From the NCBI GenBank assembly GCA_016748015.1, contig JAAOMT010000627.1, positions 434,001 through 498,000 of the forward strand: a stretch of 64,000 bases of DNA, read 5' to 3'. Both the position numbers and the translations under genes were made by a program. The stretch is from Geosiphon pyriformis uo1. Lineage: Eukaryota > Fungi > Glomeromycota. Below the pieces are notes generated by a model. The model saw only the letters and a program-made list of their open reading frames with translations, had not been told where the DNA came from and searched no databases. Within the stretch, counting starts at the first letter, position 1. Each line of letters begins with the position of its first letter. This document shows, one piece after another, positions 24,415-36,809 of the stretch.

Positions 24415-27400
24415 ACACAAAAGCTTCAAATCAGCTAGAACAGTCAACACACACATGTACTTGCCATGTGTGGCCACTTCAAGCCAATTACTATGCCAAC
24501 AGCATCTCTTATCGAGTTCGAGAAAGAAGAAAAGAAACCTACTTGGGAAGCCTATCAAGTGTTATGGGCTAAAGCAGATCACAATAAGTTACCACCAATA
24601 CTCTCTTGGGATGATAACGGAAAAGAGAAACAAAAGGAAGGACTTACCTAGAATGCCAACCAAGACTGAGAAACTAACAATAACTCAAACAAATTACCAA
24701 CCTGAGAATGGGAAGAAACCAATAAAGAAAAAGAGAAAAAAAAGGAAGAAAATATAACCAAAGAAACTACTGCCACAAAAAAAATAACTAGGGGCTGGGA
24801 AAAAGAATACTTACAAGAACTGATCAAAGAGCCACCATGTATACTTCTCAAATGCAAGGACTGTGGGAAGAAACTTTCTTTCATGAGAGCTTGGATCACA
24901 CCAAATGAAAATTACTGGATCCAAACCCACTATTATTACAAGTCTTGCCACTGCAAATACTATGGCTACCCAAAAAGACAAGACAAGTGAGACAACGAAC
25001 TATGTCTTGCTTGTGGCGAACAACTATTGAATGAAGGAATATGGAACAACATTCCTGAATGAGGAGGAACATATGACACTTTGTGCCAATACACAATCTT
25101 CATCAGCAATTGGGTGAGCCATGATATGCCAATAACTGCTGCCTAGCACTGTGTAATATCTCACTTGGATGGTTACCCACACGACGAAGACGAGATTTGG
25201 CAAATGGCAAACACCAAAGTAGAAGGTGCCACACCTAGCAAAATATTAGAAATCAAGAACAACTCTCTGAAGACAGTCAACATTGTTTTGATTCCCAACC
25301 CAGATGCTTTTCTGAATCTGGAAGCAGACCCAGAAGAATTCCATGAGCACTACCAAAATTTGGCACCAACAAGAGAAAAACAAGAGCAGTGTTTAGCCCA
25401 AATCAACACTTGACTATGTGACTATTGTTTAATTCTCTGTGACTTTCAATATTGTAATGAGTGTGACCTTATTTACAATCCACCCATCCGCATAATCTAC
25501 ACAATCCCAGAAGAAAATGAACCAATAAGCAACTGCGCATTGGAATTGGAATCAGTTTTTAATCTCAATTCAAACTCTGACAGCAACAATGACAAAAACA
25601 CCAGTTCTAGCTTCACTCAAAACGGCAACAAAAATAACAATGATTTGGACCCCAATTCAAATTCCGAAACATATATCACTCTCCCTGACCTTACCAAGGA
25701 GCAAGAACTGAAATGGTTCAGCAATAATAATGAAGGTATTATGTCTGAATGTGTATATAATACTGATGCAAGATTTGATCTGAGATATCCAGAGAAAAAT
25801 TCCATCAAATTAGAACTTTACTCACACACTTGTATTGATCTGAAAATAGCATTGGAAATTTTAACAACAACAATAGTGCAATTAGCATCCAGAAATAGTT
25901 TAGCAAAAAAGAGAATCAATATTAGAAGAGAAATAATTAATGCAAAATACATAGAAAATATTATTGTTATGCTACAAAATGACTCAGAAAAAACATATAC
26001 CATAGAGCCAAATGAAAAGATAACACAGGCAATATTTTTATCTCTGGTGAAAATAATTTAGTTAGTTTCAGTAGGAAATAAGGAAGAATTAGGGATTACT
26101 GTTAGAGAGATACAAGGATTCAGATCAATAGGTAGAATAGATATACTAATTAATATGACAGAGGAAAAAATTGTTGACAAAAAAGAAATTATCTCAATCC
26201 GTCAATCAATCTCCATTCCACCATATAACTAGTATATATTAGCTATAAAAAGAGAAATAAAGAATCAAGCTCAGTTGTTTGAAGCAGAAGCTGCCATTTG
26301 TGAATCAGGAGAAATTGGACTCACCAATCTCTACATATCAGCCAACAGCCCCAAGAATATCAAAATTTCCATCTACAATACAATAGGACATGTTATTGAA
26401 ATACTAAAAGAAACCATCATTGGATATTTAACCACTGAAGTTGAGGACCAACCACCAAACCATATTCTAGATTTTCCACAGCTTTGTAGATATGTGGACA
26501 TCACATTACAAACCATTTATGGACGAAACAAATGTTATCTACTTGAACCAGAACAATTGGAACAGATAAACATGGGGAATCTAGACCCACTCCAACAGAT
26601 ACAACTAAAGACATTACTTAGCAACTTCAATGACATCTTTGCCAGTGAAAACGAATTTGGCAGAACCAACATCATCCAGCATCAGATCAAAACTGGAGAT
26701 GCAATGCCAATTAAACAAAGAGCATACAGAGTACCACCAGCTAGCCATAAGATCATTCATCAAAAAATTAATTGAATGCTTGACAACAGGCTAATTCAGC
26801 CATTAATGAGCCCATAGTCATCACCAGTGGTATTAGTCCAGAAGAAAAATGGAAAAATCCACTTTTGTGTGGATTACTGGAAACTGAATAGAGTAACCAA
26901 AGGAGATAGCTATCCAACGCCCAAAATCCAAGAGCTGTTTGACACTTTTGAAGGAAATAAATGGTTCTTAATACTAAATTTGGATAGTAGTTACTGGCAA
27001 GTAGCCATGGATCTAGCTGACAAAGAGAAAACAGCATTTACCACAAGAGAAAGAAATTTTGAATTTGAAGTCATGCCATTTGGATTGATGAATGCACCAG
27101 CCATATTCCAATGGCTAATGGAAATTGTATACACTGGACTACTATGGAAGTCAGTAGTTGTATACTTGAATAATACCAATGTATTCTCAAAAACATTTGA
27201 TGATCATCTGTATCATCTTCAACAAATGTTTGAAAGGTTAAGAAGAACCAAACTAAAATTAAATGCAACCAAATGTTTCTTTAGAAAAACTGAACTCAAG
27301 TTTTTGGGACATGTGGTGAGCAAAGATGGAATCAAAACAGATTCAGATAAGATTGCATTAATAAAGAACTTTCCAGTACCAGCAAACTTGCCAGAACTGA

Positions 27401-29378
27401 GGGCATTTTTGGGATTTGCAGACTATTATCGCCGTTTTATTAAGGACTTTTCTAAACTAGCCCAGCCACTTTACCATTTACACACCAAGAATGTGAAGTA
27501 TAAATGGACTGAAATTCAACAAGAAGCGACACATTGAGAAAAAAGCTTATTCAAGCTCCAGTATTGATGTATCCAGACCATAGCAAACCATTCATCATCA
27601 CTATGGATGCATCAGATCAAGCATTGGGAGCAGTACTATCACAGAAAAAACCAGATGGAAGAAAACATCCAGTAGCTTACACCAGTAGAAGCTTAAGTTC
27701 AGCCAAAAAGAACTATAGAACACCAGCACTAAAACATTTAGCAATCTATTGGGCAATCATAAAATGGAGAGAATACTTGAGCCAAAAGTTTGAAATATAT
27801 ATGGATCACAAAGGATTGACTTCAATCCAGAAACAAGAATTTGCAGACAATTGTCATGCCAGATAGAAAATAGAACTTTCACTATTTAATTATACAATAC
27901 ATTATAAAAAAGAAAAAGACAATGGAAATGCTGACAAATTGTCGTGAATAAGACAAATCTAAAAACATTTCAACCCAAAAATATAACAAAACATAAATAC
28001 ACAAAAATATTAACAACTTCAACATTATATAAATATGCAATCATTTAAAGAGAAATTATCTCAAAAAGAACAAAACAACATAAAACAACAATCAAAATAT
28101 TTTAAAATATACTTTACTGAAAGAACAAAAGAAATTCAGATCAACCAATCAGAGTAATCACAGAACCAGAGAAAGAGACAATATTATTCAACATACACTC
28201 AGACCCAACAGCAGGACATTTTTATAAAGAAGCAACCATGGAAAGAACCAGAAAAAGATACTATTGGCCATCAATGTATTCAGACACCATTCAATATATT
28301 CAAAATTGTAATGCTTGTCAGAGAAGAGGAGGAACAAAACCCAGTAAACCATTAAGACCAATTAAAGTAGGACAATTATTCAATTGCATTGGAATTGACT
28401 TAGTCAGACCATTAACAATCACCAGCAGAGGCAACAGATATATTACAGTAGCTATGAATTATCTCACTAAATGGCCAAAAGCAAAAGCCATTCAAAGAAC
28501 AGATGCAGAATTTGTTGCCAAATTTGTTCATCAAAATTTGATCTGTTAATATGAATGTCCAAAAAAACTACTATTAGATCAAAAAACTCACTTTGTGAAC
28601 AGAACACTGGCAGAATTAAGTCAAAGATTTGGAGTTAAAAGACCATTGTTATCACCATACCATCTACAAACCAATAAACTAGTTGAAAAATTTAACAAAA
28701 CATTGTGTAAAGCAATCACCAAAATCAGTCAAGAAAACCAAAATGAATGAGATTTGTTCATACCATTAGTATTATTTGCTTATCAGACAATAAAACAAGA
28801 CACTACACAAGCAACACTATTTGAATTAGTATATGGTAGAACAGCAATACTACCAGTGGAAATAGAAGTCAGCACATACCCAACTGAACCAATAACAAAA
28901 GAGAATTTCAAAAACACATTATTGAGAAAAACATATGACTTAATGGAAACATTAGAAGACAAATGATGAAAAGCAGCTGATAACATACAAAAGTCACAAG
29001 AGAAACAAAAAAAATGACATGATAATCAACTACCAAATAAACCAGTTGAATTCAAGATTGGAGACAAAGTATTTTTATATCATACCAAAGCAGAAAAACA
29101 ATGGAGTAGAAAATTTGACCCCAAATGGGATGGACCATTTCACATAGAAGAAATTCTTGAGAATGGAGCTTATAAATTAAGATGAGACAACAAAATTTTA
29201 GCCAAAGCAGCACATGGTAATTGACTAAAACTATATTACCAGATAGCATCATCATTTACCAATAACATTCTACAACTAGAAATACAAAGAATACTAGTTC
29301 AACCAGATGAGATTCCATAAGATCTAGAACCAATCATAATTATTGAACCAAACATGTCAAATTGAACAACCAAAAGAA

Positions 29379-29385
29379 TATATAA
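29379..29385 (+). promoter_or_regulatory. Candidate internal TATA box upstream of ORF3 in A
   Basis: TATATAA just after the pol stop, ~37 nt before ATG 29422. Equivalent sites at 59839-59845 (C) and 16415-16421 (B, minus strand). Confidence 0.55.
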
Positions 29386-29421
29386 GGGCACAATATACAT
29401 GACAAAAGCAACCAAGATAAA

Positions 29422-30057
29422 ATGGAAATACCAGATCATATTCACATCATAGCTCAACAATTATTTCAGGCCTTAAGTCAACAACTCCTGAACATAGAAA
29501 TTATTGTTAACAACCAAACAATTTGCTATTGAAACACCAAAAGAAAAACAAAGAATACACCATATCAGCAATTACCAAAGAATAATAAAAACTGGTCAGA
29601 TAACATAATAGAAAAAGTAAAGAACACTTTTGGGAAAATACCTATTATGGCACCAACAGAAGAACTTACAAAAAAGAATTAGAAGCAATGGACAAAACAA
29701 CTTCTAATATCATACTACTACTACCAGTTAGGTCAGAAGTTAAATATTTAGGAGTTGTATATTAACAAATTCAAGAAAATATTTAACCAAAACATAATAC
29801 AGCAAATTGAAGAATTTATTGGAAAGAAAACAAACTCAACACTACATATGAAAGCAATTTACCAACTGCACAACATATTTCAGAACTATCCAGAATTACT
29901 GTTACACTCTAACATGGAAACCATAACTATTAACCAATGGGGAAAAATAAACAATGTACAAGTAGAAGACATGAAAAATAAAGTCGAACAAACAATACTA
30001 GAAAAAAAAGTATTAGAGCTAATTCAAAATAAAGATTTCAATGGAGCTCAATATTAA
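29422..30057 (+). pseudogene. ORF3 (unknown accessory protein) of element A
   Basis: 212 codons, MEIPDHIHIIAQQLF...IQQIEEFIGK...DFNGAQY*. Stop codon overlaps the PPT. Confidence 0.75.
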
Positions 30058-30072
30058 AAAAGAAGAAAATAA

Positions 30073-30887
30073 TGTTACTCATAGAAAGAAAACAGATATA
30101 GAGAAATAGTAGACCAATAAGCAAATAGCATATAGCATATAAGCACATTGCTTAGCAAGGTGGAGCAATATCAGAAAACATGGCACATTGCTTAGCAATA
30201 TGGAGCAATGTTAGAAAATTAGTGTGCATTGCTCAAAAAATTATAGCACATTGCTTGGGAATGTGAGTGATTTCATAGAACATCAATTATGTATATATAG
30301 TAGTAGCATTAAAAGTAAAAAGAGCAGAATCTTTTAGTTAGAAATCTTCTATCCACAAATATTAAATAAATAAATCATTCACCATCCAAAACCACTCTTT
30401 ACTATCAACACTTTATGTTGATAGTAATTGATACTTAACCACACTAGAACAATAGCTCTTGATCATGACTATTGATAGGATACTAACTTGCAATTGCTTT
30501 TGTTTATTTCTTTATTTTTTTTTATTTTTTTTTGTTATTTTTTTTGTTTTACTAATTGATTAAAGAGTTAAGTGCTAAGTTATTAATATCAAAAATAGTC
30601 TGGTAAAAGACTCCAAAGGAAGGGTATCAAAATTGAGAATTTAAGGATAGCTTACCAGAAGGGCATCTCTGCCAAGATTACCAGCCACCACACTGAAAAA
30701 AAAATTTGACGGAATTGCAATTCTGGAAGGCTATGGGAAAGACAACAATTGAATCTCTGTTTATTATACAAAAGACTCCACAACAAAACCTTCAGATCAT
30801 CATCATCATTACTAATGACAATAACTCTTGAACACCAAGTTATGGGTTTGTTATTTGACTTGAGACCCCAAATAATCATCTGTAACA
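30073..30887 (+). repeat. 3' LTR of element A
   Basis: TGTTAC...GTAACA, preceded by the PPT and followed by TSD GCAT. Confidence 0.95.
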
Positions 30888-33800
30888 GCATTAAAAACAC
30901 CTTGTATTTTTTTGTTTAATTTACTATAATCTTATCAACTTTGGGCTTTATTTTCTTTGGTTTTAGAATCAACTCTTTTCTAATTACTAAATGGTTTAAA
31001 ACTATCTTGTAAAAAAGTTGATTTAGAATGCTTCTAATTATGCTTCCTTTGTTAGAACTAAAATTTTCTATTTGTCTCTTAATTGCACTTTTAATGACTG
31101 TATTTTTAACAACTTTTAATTCATAATACTTGAACAATTTATATTTTTTTCTAATTAATGACAAATATTTAATAATATTTACCAAATTTTTATTATTCCA
31201 AACCATAATTACAATTTTGAAAGTCTTTTTATTATTAATTATCAACTATTTTGTAAGAAGACAATCAAACTTAAATTTGTTGTCTGTACTTAATTCCTTT
31301 ATAATTTTAGCAACCAGTAATTCAAGCCTAAAAAATCTTGATAATTGTTTATTTTTTAAACACTTGAATTTATTGAACTAATGTTTAGAAAAAGTAGTAT
31401 CTGTTGAACTTATTATTACTTTTTTCAAAATATCTTACATATTATCTAATTTATCAAGAGCTTTTGTATTTGCAAACTTATTTACTATCAACAATAACTT
31501 TAATAAAATACATTCCTTGAGCCAAATCTATTTGGCACTATTCATATTTTTAACATTAAATTTCTAGTGATTTTTATTTGTTTGCTTGTAAATACTATTC
31601 AAATATGCACTCAATAAACTCTTTAGACTAACTGAAACTACAATTACTTTATGATTTGTGTTAAAAAATTTAGAAATAGTGTTAATTTTACATATTGTGA
31701 TCATTGACAACAAATTTTCATTAACAAAAACATAATCAATAATTTTTTTGGCTTTTCTGGAATTATTTCAAGAAAAAACTTTTACCAAAGAATGTCTTTT
31801 AAGTGAATTAACCAGACTTATATCTAAACATTTCTTTAAGCTAACATTTTTTTTAGAATCATTTTTATTGAAATTGCCACCCAAAATCACAAAAAAGTTA
31901 GAGTTAACAGCTTTGAAAATAACAGAATTAATATTAAAAACTTAATTAAATTACATATTAGCAAATACACCAATATATAAACCCAAAATTATAATCAAAA
32001 GTTTGTCTTTAAACAAAAAACAGATTAAAATTAAATGACCCAAAATCTCATCCACTTTTAAAACATACTAAACCAAAAAATTGTTTATAAATACAGTCAT
32101 ATTTACTTCAAGAAAACTTATATTCAGACCAAAAGTAAAAATTCTAATTCAGTCAAACTTATTTATAATTCATAGTTTAATATTAGATCTCAATTTTGTT
32201 TTTGTAATAATTGAAACCATATTTTCCGATTTTATATGCCAATAAACAATGTTTTTCTGCTTGGCAAAGACATTGATACTCTAAACATTGTACATAGCAA
32301 ATTTTCAAACCAAATTACTTATTAAGATAAAAAAAATACCAGAAAACTTAAGCCAGTACACAACTGATTTAACTTTGTCAAAACTAAATTAACAGAAACT
32401 TCAAGAGCCACTATTTTAGATTTTAATTCATCTATCTTAGTGGTCAGAATTTTTGACCTATTTAAACCCAAATTTGAAACCATATTATTTGTAATTAAAA
32501 GAGAAAGAATAAATAACACAGATGAGTTATCCAAAATTATATTCAAATCCAATTTTGAATTTGAAGAAACAAATTTTACAGAAGACAAAAATTAAGAAAC
32601 AAATATTAAGAGTATTAAATTCACAATATTTAATTTTTGTACAATACTTAATATTTGATTGGCCAAAAGCTTTAGGGAATATTTCAAGAAATTTAAGTAA
32701 ACATTAATAAATAAATTATTTTGGGTAACTACAAGACTTGTTTTCATATATAATATATCAAAAAAAAGAATTTAGAGCCAGTACCAAAGTAAGTATTAGC
32801 AGAAAAAAAAAATGAGTAAAACTATCTGTGCTCAAGATTTGTTATTAAAGACAGCAGAACAAGAAATAAAAACACTTTTTTTGGTATATAATTTAGCCAA
32901 TTGAAGACAATTCTTTTCAGAAGCAATATTTTTATATATTTTTTTAGAAAACAAAACACAAAAATCTGATGTATCATATTCTAAAGCTAAGTGTCTAAAA
33001 TACCCACACTTTTTACAATAAATCAGATCTATTTTAGTCTACAAAAGCTTAACACTATCTAAAATAGACTCTATTTAAAAAGCTAATTTTAATTTTTTTT
33101 CTAATTTAAAGCCAATTACTACACAGTAACTCCTATTGCCAGTATTAAATAAATAATTTATAATGCAAGTTTTCTCACCAGTTTCTTTTAATAGAATACC
33201 AAGATATGAGCAGTTGTTTTTACAAACAACATAAACAAAAGTGCCTTAAACTGATTTTTTAACATTCAGACTTCATGATCTCTCACAGTTTTTGTCATAT
33301 GTACTGAGTTTTTTTGATAAGGAATGATCATTTTGTTACTATTTGATTAATCTAACTTGATTTAGCAAATTTTACTATAGTTTTCTGTCATAGTCTAATT
33401 AATTGTAATTAGATTAATACTATTTGACCAAACTCAAAAAAAGCTGTAATAATCATTTTTTTTAGTGTATTTATGAAAAATTTCTTAATAATTATAGCTT
33501 GATCTGAACAAATTTTTTGTCTTTTAATATTGTTGTTTACAATAATTCTCTTATTTTTAACCAATAATATGGCTTTTTTCATACTTTTTTTTAATGTAAA
33601 CATCAATCAAATAATTTTTTTAAATTTTGAGGAAGTAGTAATCATCTTAAAATCATTGATTGATGAAAAAAGTTTTCTGATGAATTGAGTTTTTACCATT
33701 ACTGATTTGTTTTCTACTGTTAAAAAATTAATGTCCAAAACAAAAGACTTCTTAACAAATATTTTTACATAAGTTTTGGTTATTTTAAGATCAATTTATT

Positions 33801-34399
33801 TTTTGTTTAGAAATATAGATAAGTAAGAAGAGAAAAAATTTTATTATCATTTATGTTAAAATTAGACAAGCCAATTAAGAAATCAACAATAGTACCAATA
33901 TTAATTCACTTAGTCTTAAGAATATTTGTTTTAAAATCAAATCACTTTTTTTTTATTACTTGCTTTATAATTAGTATTACTATCTAAAAAGATTATTTTA
34001 GGAGTATTTTTATTTGTATTTATTTTAGCAAACTAACCAATAATATGTTCTAAATTAATAATACTTAAATCTGCGTTATTATCTAAGTGTTTTATTTTGT
34101 TAAAAAAAGTTTTTTGCTTCTGTGCCAAGCTTCTATTAATTGAATCAAAAGCCAAAATCCTGGCTGGTTTTTTCTTAGCTATAAAACCACTCATAATAAC
34201 AGTTAATTTAATAACAAAAGAATTTGTTTCTTAGAAAATTGTGAAATGTAAAAACAAAAAAAAAAACTTCTTTTACAAAAATTATTCTTTGAAAAATTTG
34301 GATGTAGAAGAGAAAAAAGTTTTTTTTATTTTTTAATATTATTAAAAAATATACTATAAAATATAATAAAAATAAAAATAAAGAAACCAAAAGTTATTA

Positions 34400-35270
34400 C
34401 AAAAAATTTTGCAATTTTAAGTATAATTAAAAAAATTACCAATAGCAATTTTAATAATAACAACCAAAAAAATTTAAAAACATAGTTTACATAAACAACT
34501 TAATATTGTTTTTTAATATTAATTTGAGTCTAATAAAACCAAATAATAAGTAAAACAAAAAATTTACAAAAACCAATTTGATCTTAAAAGTAATATTAGA
34601 TATTAGAATAAAAATTATTTATTTAAAGAATTTTTAACAATTAAAATTTGTTTTTTAAATACTATTAGGAACAACATTAAAAAACAAAAAAAACAATTAA
34701 TTTAATTTTTATTTAATTAGTTCAATTTTTAAGATTAAATAACTTAATAAATTGTTTTGTTTTTAAAACTAGTAACAATTTATTAAAAAACACCATATTT
34801 AATAATACAGTCAATAATTAATTTTAATTTATCTTGAAAAACATATTATTATTGTTATTGTTTACATTAAAAAAAGAATTAATTACTATTAAAAAAATTT
34901 TATTTAAGATTTTATTTAAAACTACAAAAACGTTTGATGTAATAATAATAAAAATAAAAACCAAAAAAACCAAATAATTAATTAATTTATTATTAAAAAC
35001 TTTAAGACTTTTAAAAAAATAAAAACAATATTAAAACTAATTTGAATGTGTTTTTTGAAAAAATTTTGACTAAAAAAAAACATTAGCCAAAAGTAAAAAA
35101 AATGCTTCAAAAACTGTCAAAAACAGCTTTTTATTATTAATATTTAAGAAAAATATTACCAAAACATTTTGTTTAGCTGTTTTAATAACAAAAAGCCTTT
35201 TTTTTGTTGTAATTTTTAAAACTTTTTTACTTTTTGCTTTAATTGTGGTCATAAAATTAAAAAAAAAAAA
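34400..35270 (-). mobile_element. 5' fragment of an ORF1-only-family element
   Basis: ORF 35070..35252 (MTTIKAKSKK...AKQNVL) matches the N-terminus at 5744 (MTRAKNKK...RQNIL). Confidence 0.55.
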
Positions 35271-36048
35271 AGTATATTTAATTATAAAAATAAGTTTTTA
35301 TTTTATTTTTATTAATTTAATTACTAGTTTTCTTAAGAATTTTAGCCAGTTTTAATATATATAAAATTTATATTTTAAATATTTATAATATAAAAAATTA
35401 AAGTATAAAAAATAATAAAATAAATTTTATGAAAAAATAAATATTTAATCATATTTTGTAATAAAAAATTGCTTAAATAAAATAAAAGCAATTTATTTAT
35501 TTGGTTTGTTAAATATAATCCTAATAAAAATCTAAAAACCAATTATATATATAAGCTATATTTAATATAATATATATATGTTAAATATAATTAAACTATA
35601 CTTTGTTATAGCAAACCCAAAACATAAATATTGAGTTAATAAAAAAACAATTAAAACTATAGAAAAAATAAATGTAGCTTTTTTTTACTTTTTGATTCTA
35701 ATAAAAATAATTAATTAAAGGTAAAACATAATCTACCTTTTCTATTTATGGCAGACGATTAAATATAATTGATCGCTGAGACATAGAAATATGTACCAAT
35801 ATCTTTGCGTCTCGGAGTTATTTATTTTCTAATATCTGATATCACATCCAACTTTTGCTTTTCTCTCTTTCACTCGTATTGCCCGTTAACTTCAAAAAAC
35901 TTTCCTTCCTTCACGAACCTTTTAAACTACCATTAACTTAACTTTGCCACACTTTAAACCTTTCATTTTTCAGCCTAAAGAGATACCCGTGCTTCATACC
36001 TTTGGCATCTAAAGACCTTTCTGATCACTTTTGATCCAGACAAAGGGC

Positions 36049-36809
36049 ATGAGTCATAACAGTGAACAAGTTGATGGGGTTACTGATACTAATAATACTA
36101 ACTTAGATACTTTCTCCTCTGACATTGCAACTTCAAATACTGAAAGTTCGGCAAGCGATCAGGAAAACACATTCCGTGGAGATCTGATTGTGTCGTTGCC
36201 CACGCCCTACACACACTCAGAGCAAGACTCAGCAGTAGTTATGGGAGGAGACAAACCAGATGAGGCTTTTACGGAGGTTAGGCTTACCTTGTTGCTGGTT
36301 TCAGGCAAACGACACACCTTTAAGTGTAAGCCTACCGACATAGTAGGAACAGTAAAGAAGCGCGTATTTGATAACTGGCCTAAAGGTAACTTTTAATTGT
36401 AAAAGGCTTCCATTTTTTCGTCAACAACTAAGCCGATATAATGCCCGGAATTCTTATGTTCAACGATAGAGTGGGCTGATGAAACTCCTGCAGCAGTCTC
36501 AAATCTTAAAATAGTTCATCTTGGGCGATTTTTGGAAGACGGATCGACGCTTGAATGTAAGCTTGAAAGTTATTAGCAGAATTATAAAACAAATAATAAC
36601 AATAACATCTTTTAAAGCAAATAAAATAGAGGCAGGACAAAATATAATTGCGCATTTGATAATTAAAAATGTATTATCACCGGATGCAGATGGTATGAAT
36701 TTTGGAGAATATTTTTCATACATTAAATTTTTTAATAAAAACCTTGAATTCGCTTACAGATCCAAAATCCACTGACAATGCTCCAAAGTGTCAGTGCACT
36801 ATACTGTGA
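36049..36809 (+). CDS. UBL3: UBL3/MUB-like membrane-anchored ubiquitin-fold protein
   Basis: Four exons (36049-36385, 36470-36556, 36618-36692, 36760-36809) with GT-AG introns in phase. Ubiquitin fold LLLVSGKRH...VKKRVFDNWPKEW...LKIVHLGRFLED. C-terminal CQCTIL (CAAX box). Confidence 0.88.

Larger units (their letters stand above)
12059..29365 (+). pseudogene. gag-pol pseudogene of A (split by B at 14824-24418)
   Basis: Capsid-like region (13084-13620), CHYCGK..H knuckle (~13825), protease ILNSGS (~14560), Cys-rich domain (~24840-25490), dUTPase (~25740-26135), RT with YLNN = eroded YLDD (~27165), RNase H MDAS (~27605), integrase (28190-29240) with WDGPF. Many premature stops. Confidence 0.92.
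11215..30887 (+). mobile_element. Ty3/Gypsy LTR retrotransposon A (with dUTPase and ORF3), carrying nested element B
   Basis: LTRs 11215-12039 and 30073-30887. TSD GCAT (11211-11214 / 30888-30891). PBS ~12042, PPT 30056-30069. Domain order Gag-PR-RT-RH-IN. Confidence 0.95.
7982..34300 (-). mobile_element. Near full-length LINE (ORF1; ORF2 with APE, RT, RNase H), split by LTR element A
   Basis: ORF1 ~34194-32322 with knuckle CKKCGYFRH (~33000). APE motifs: eroded W-K-F-A-M-x-N-V (~32300), ILGGNFN (~31875), IDYVF (~31735). RT motifs: GKAAGL (~11085), eroded LQD and QGE motifs (~10700, ~10510), FVNN = eroded FVDD (~10335). RNase H YTDKS (~9275). 3' UTR and T-tract at 7982-8110. ORF2 reads through the junction 30892/11214. 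5' end approximate. Confidence 0.85.

Noticed and set aside
29100-29365. Chromodomain at the integrase C-terminus
   Set aside because: Only the GPF module and a short tail follow the core, with no chromodomain aromatic pattern.
29422-30057. ORF3 as an env gene
   Set aside because: It is too short, and no signal peptide, furin site or transmembrane anchor is visible.
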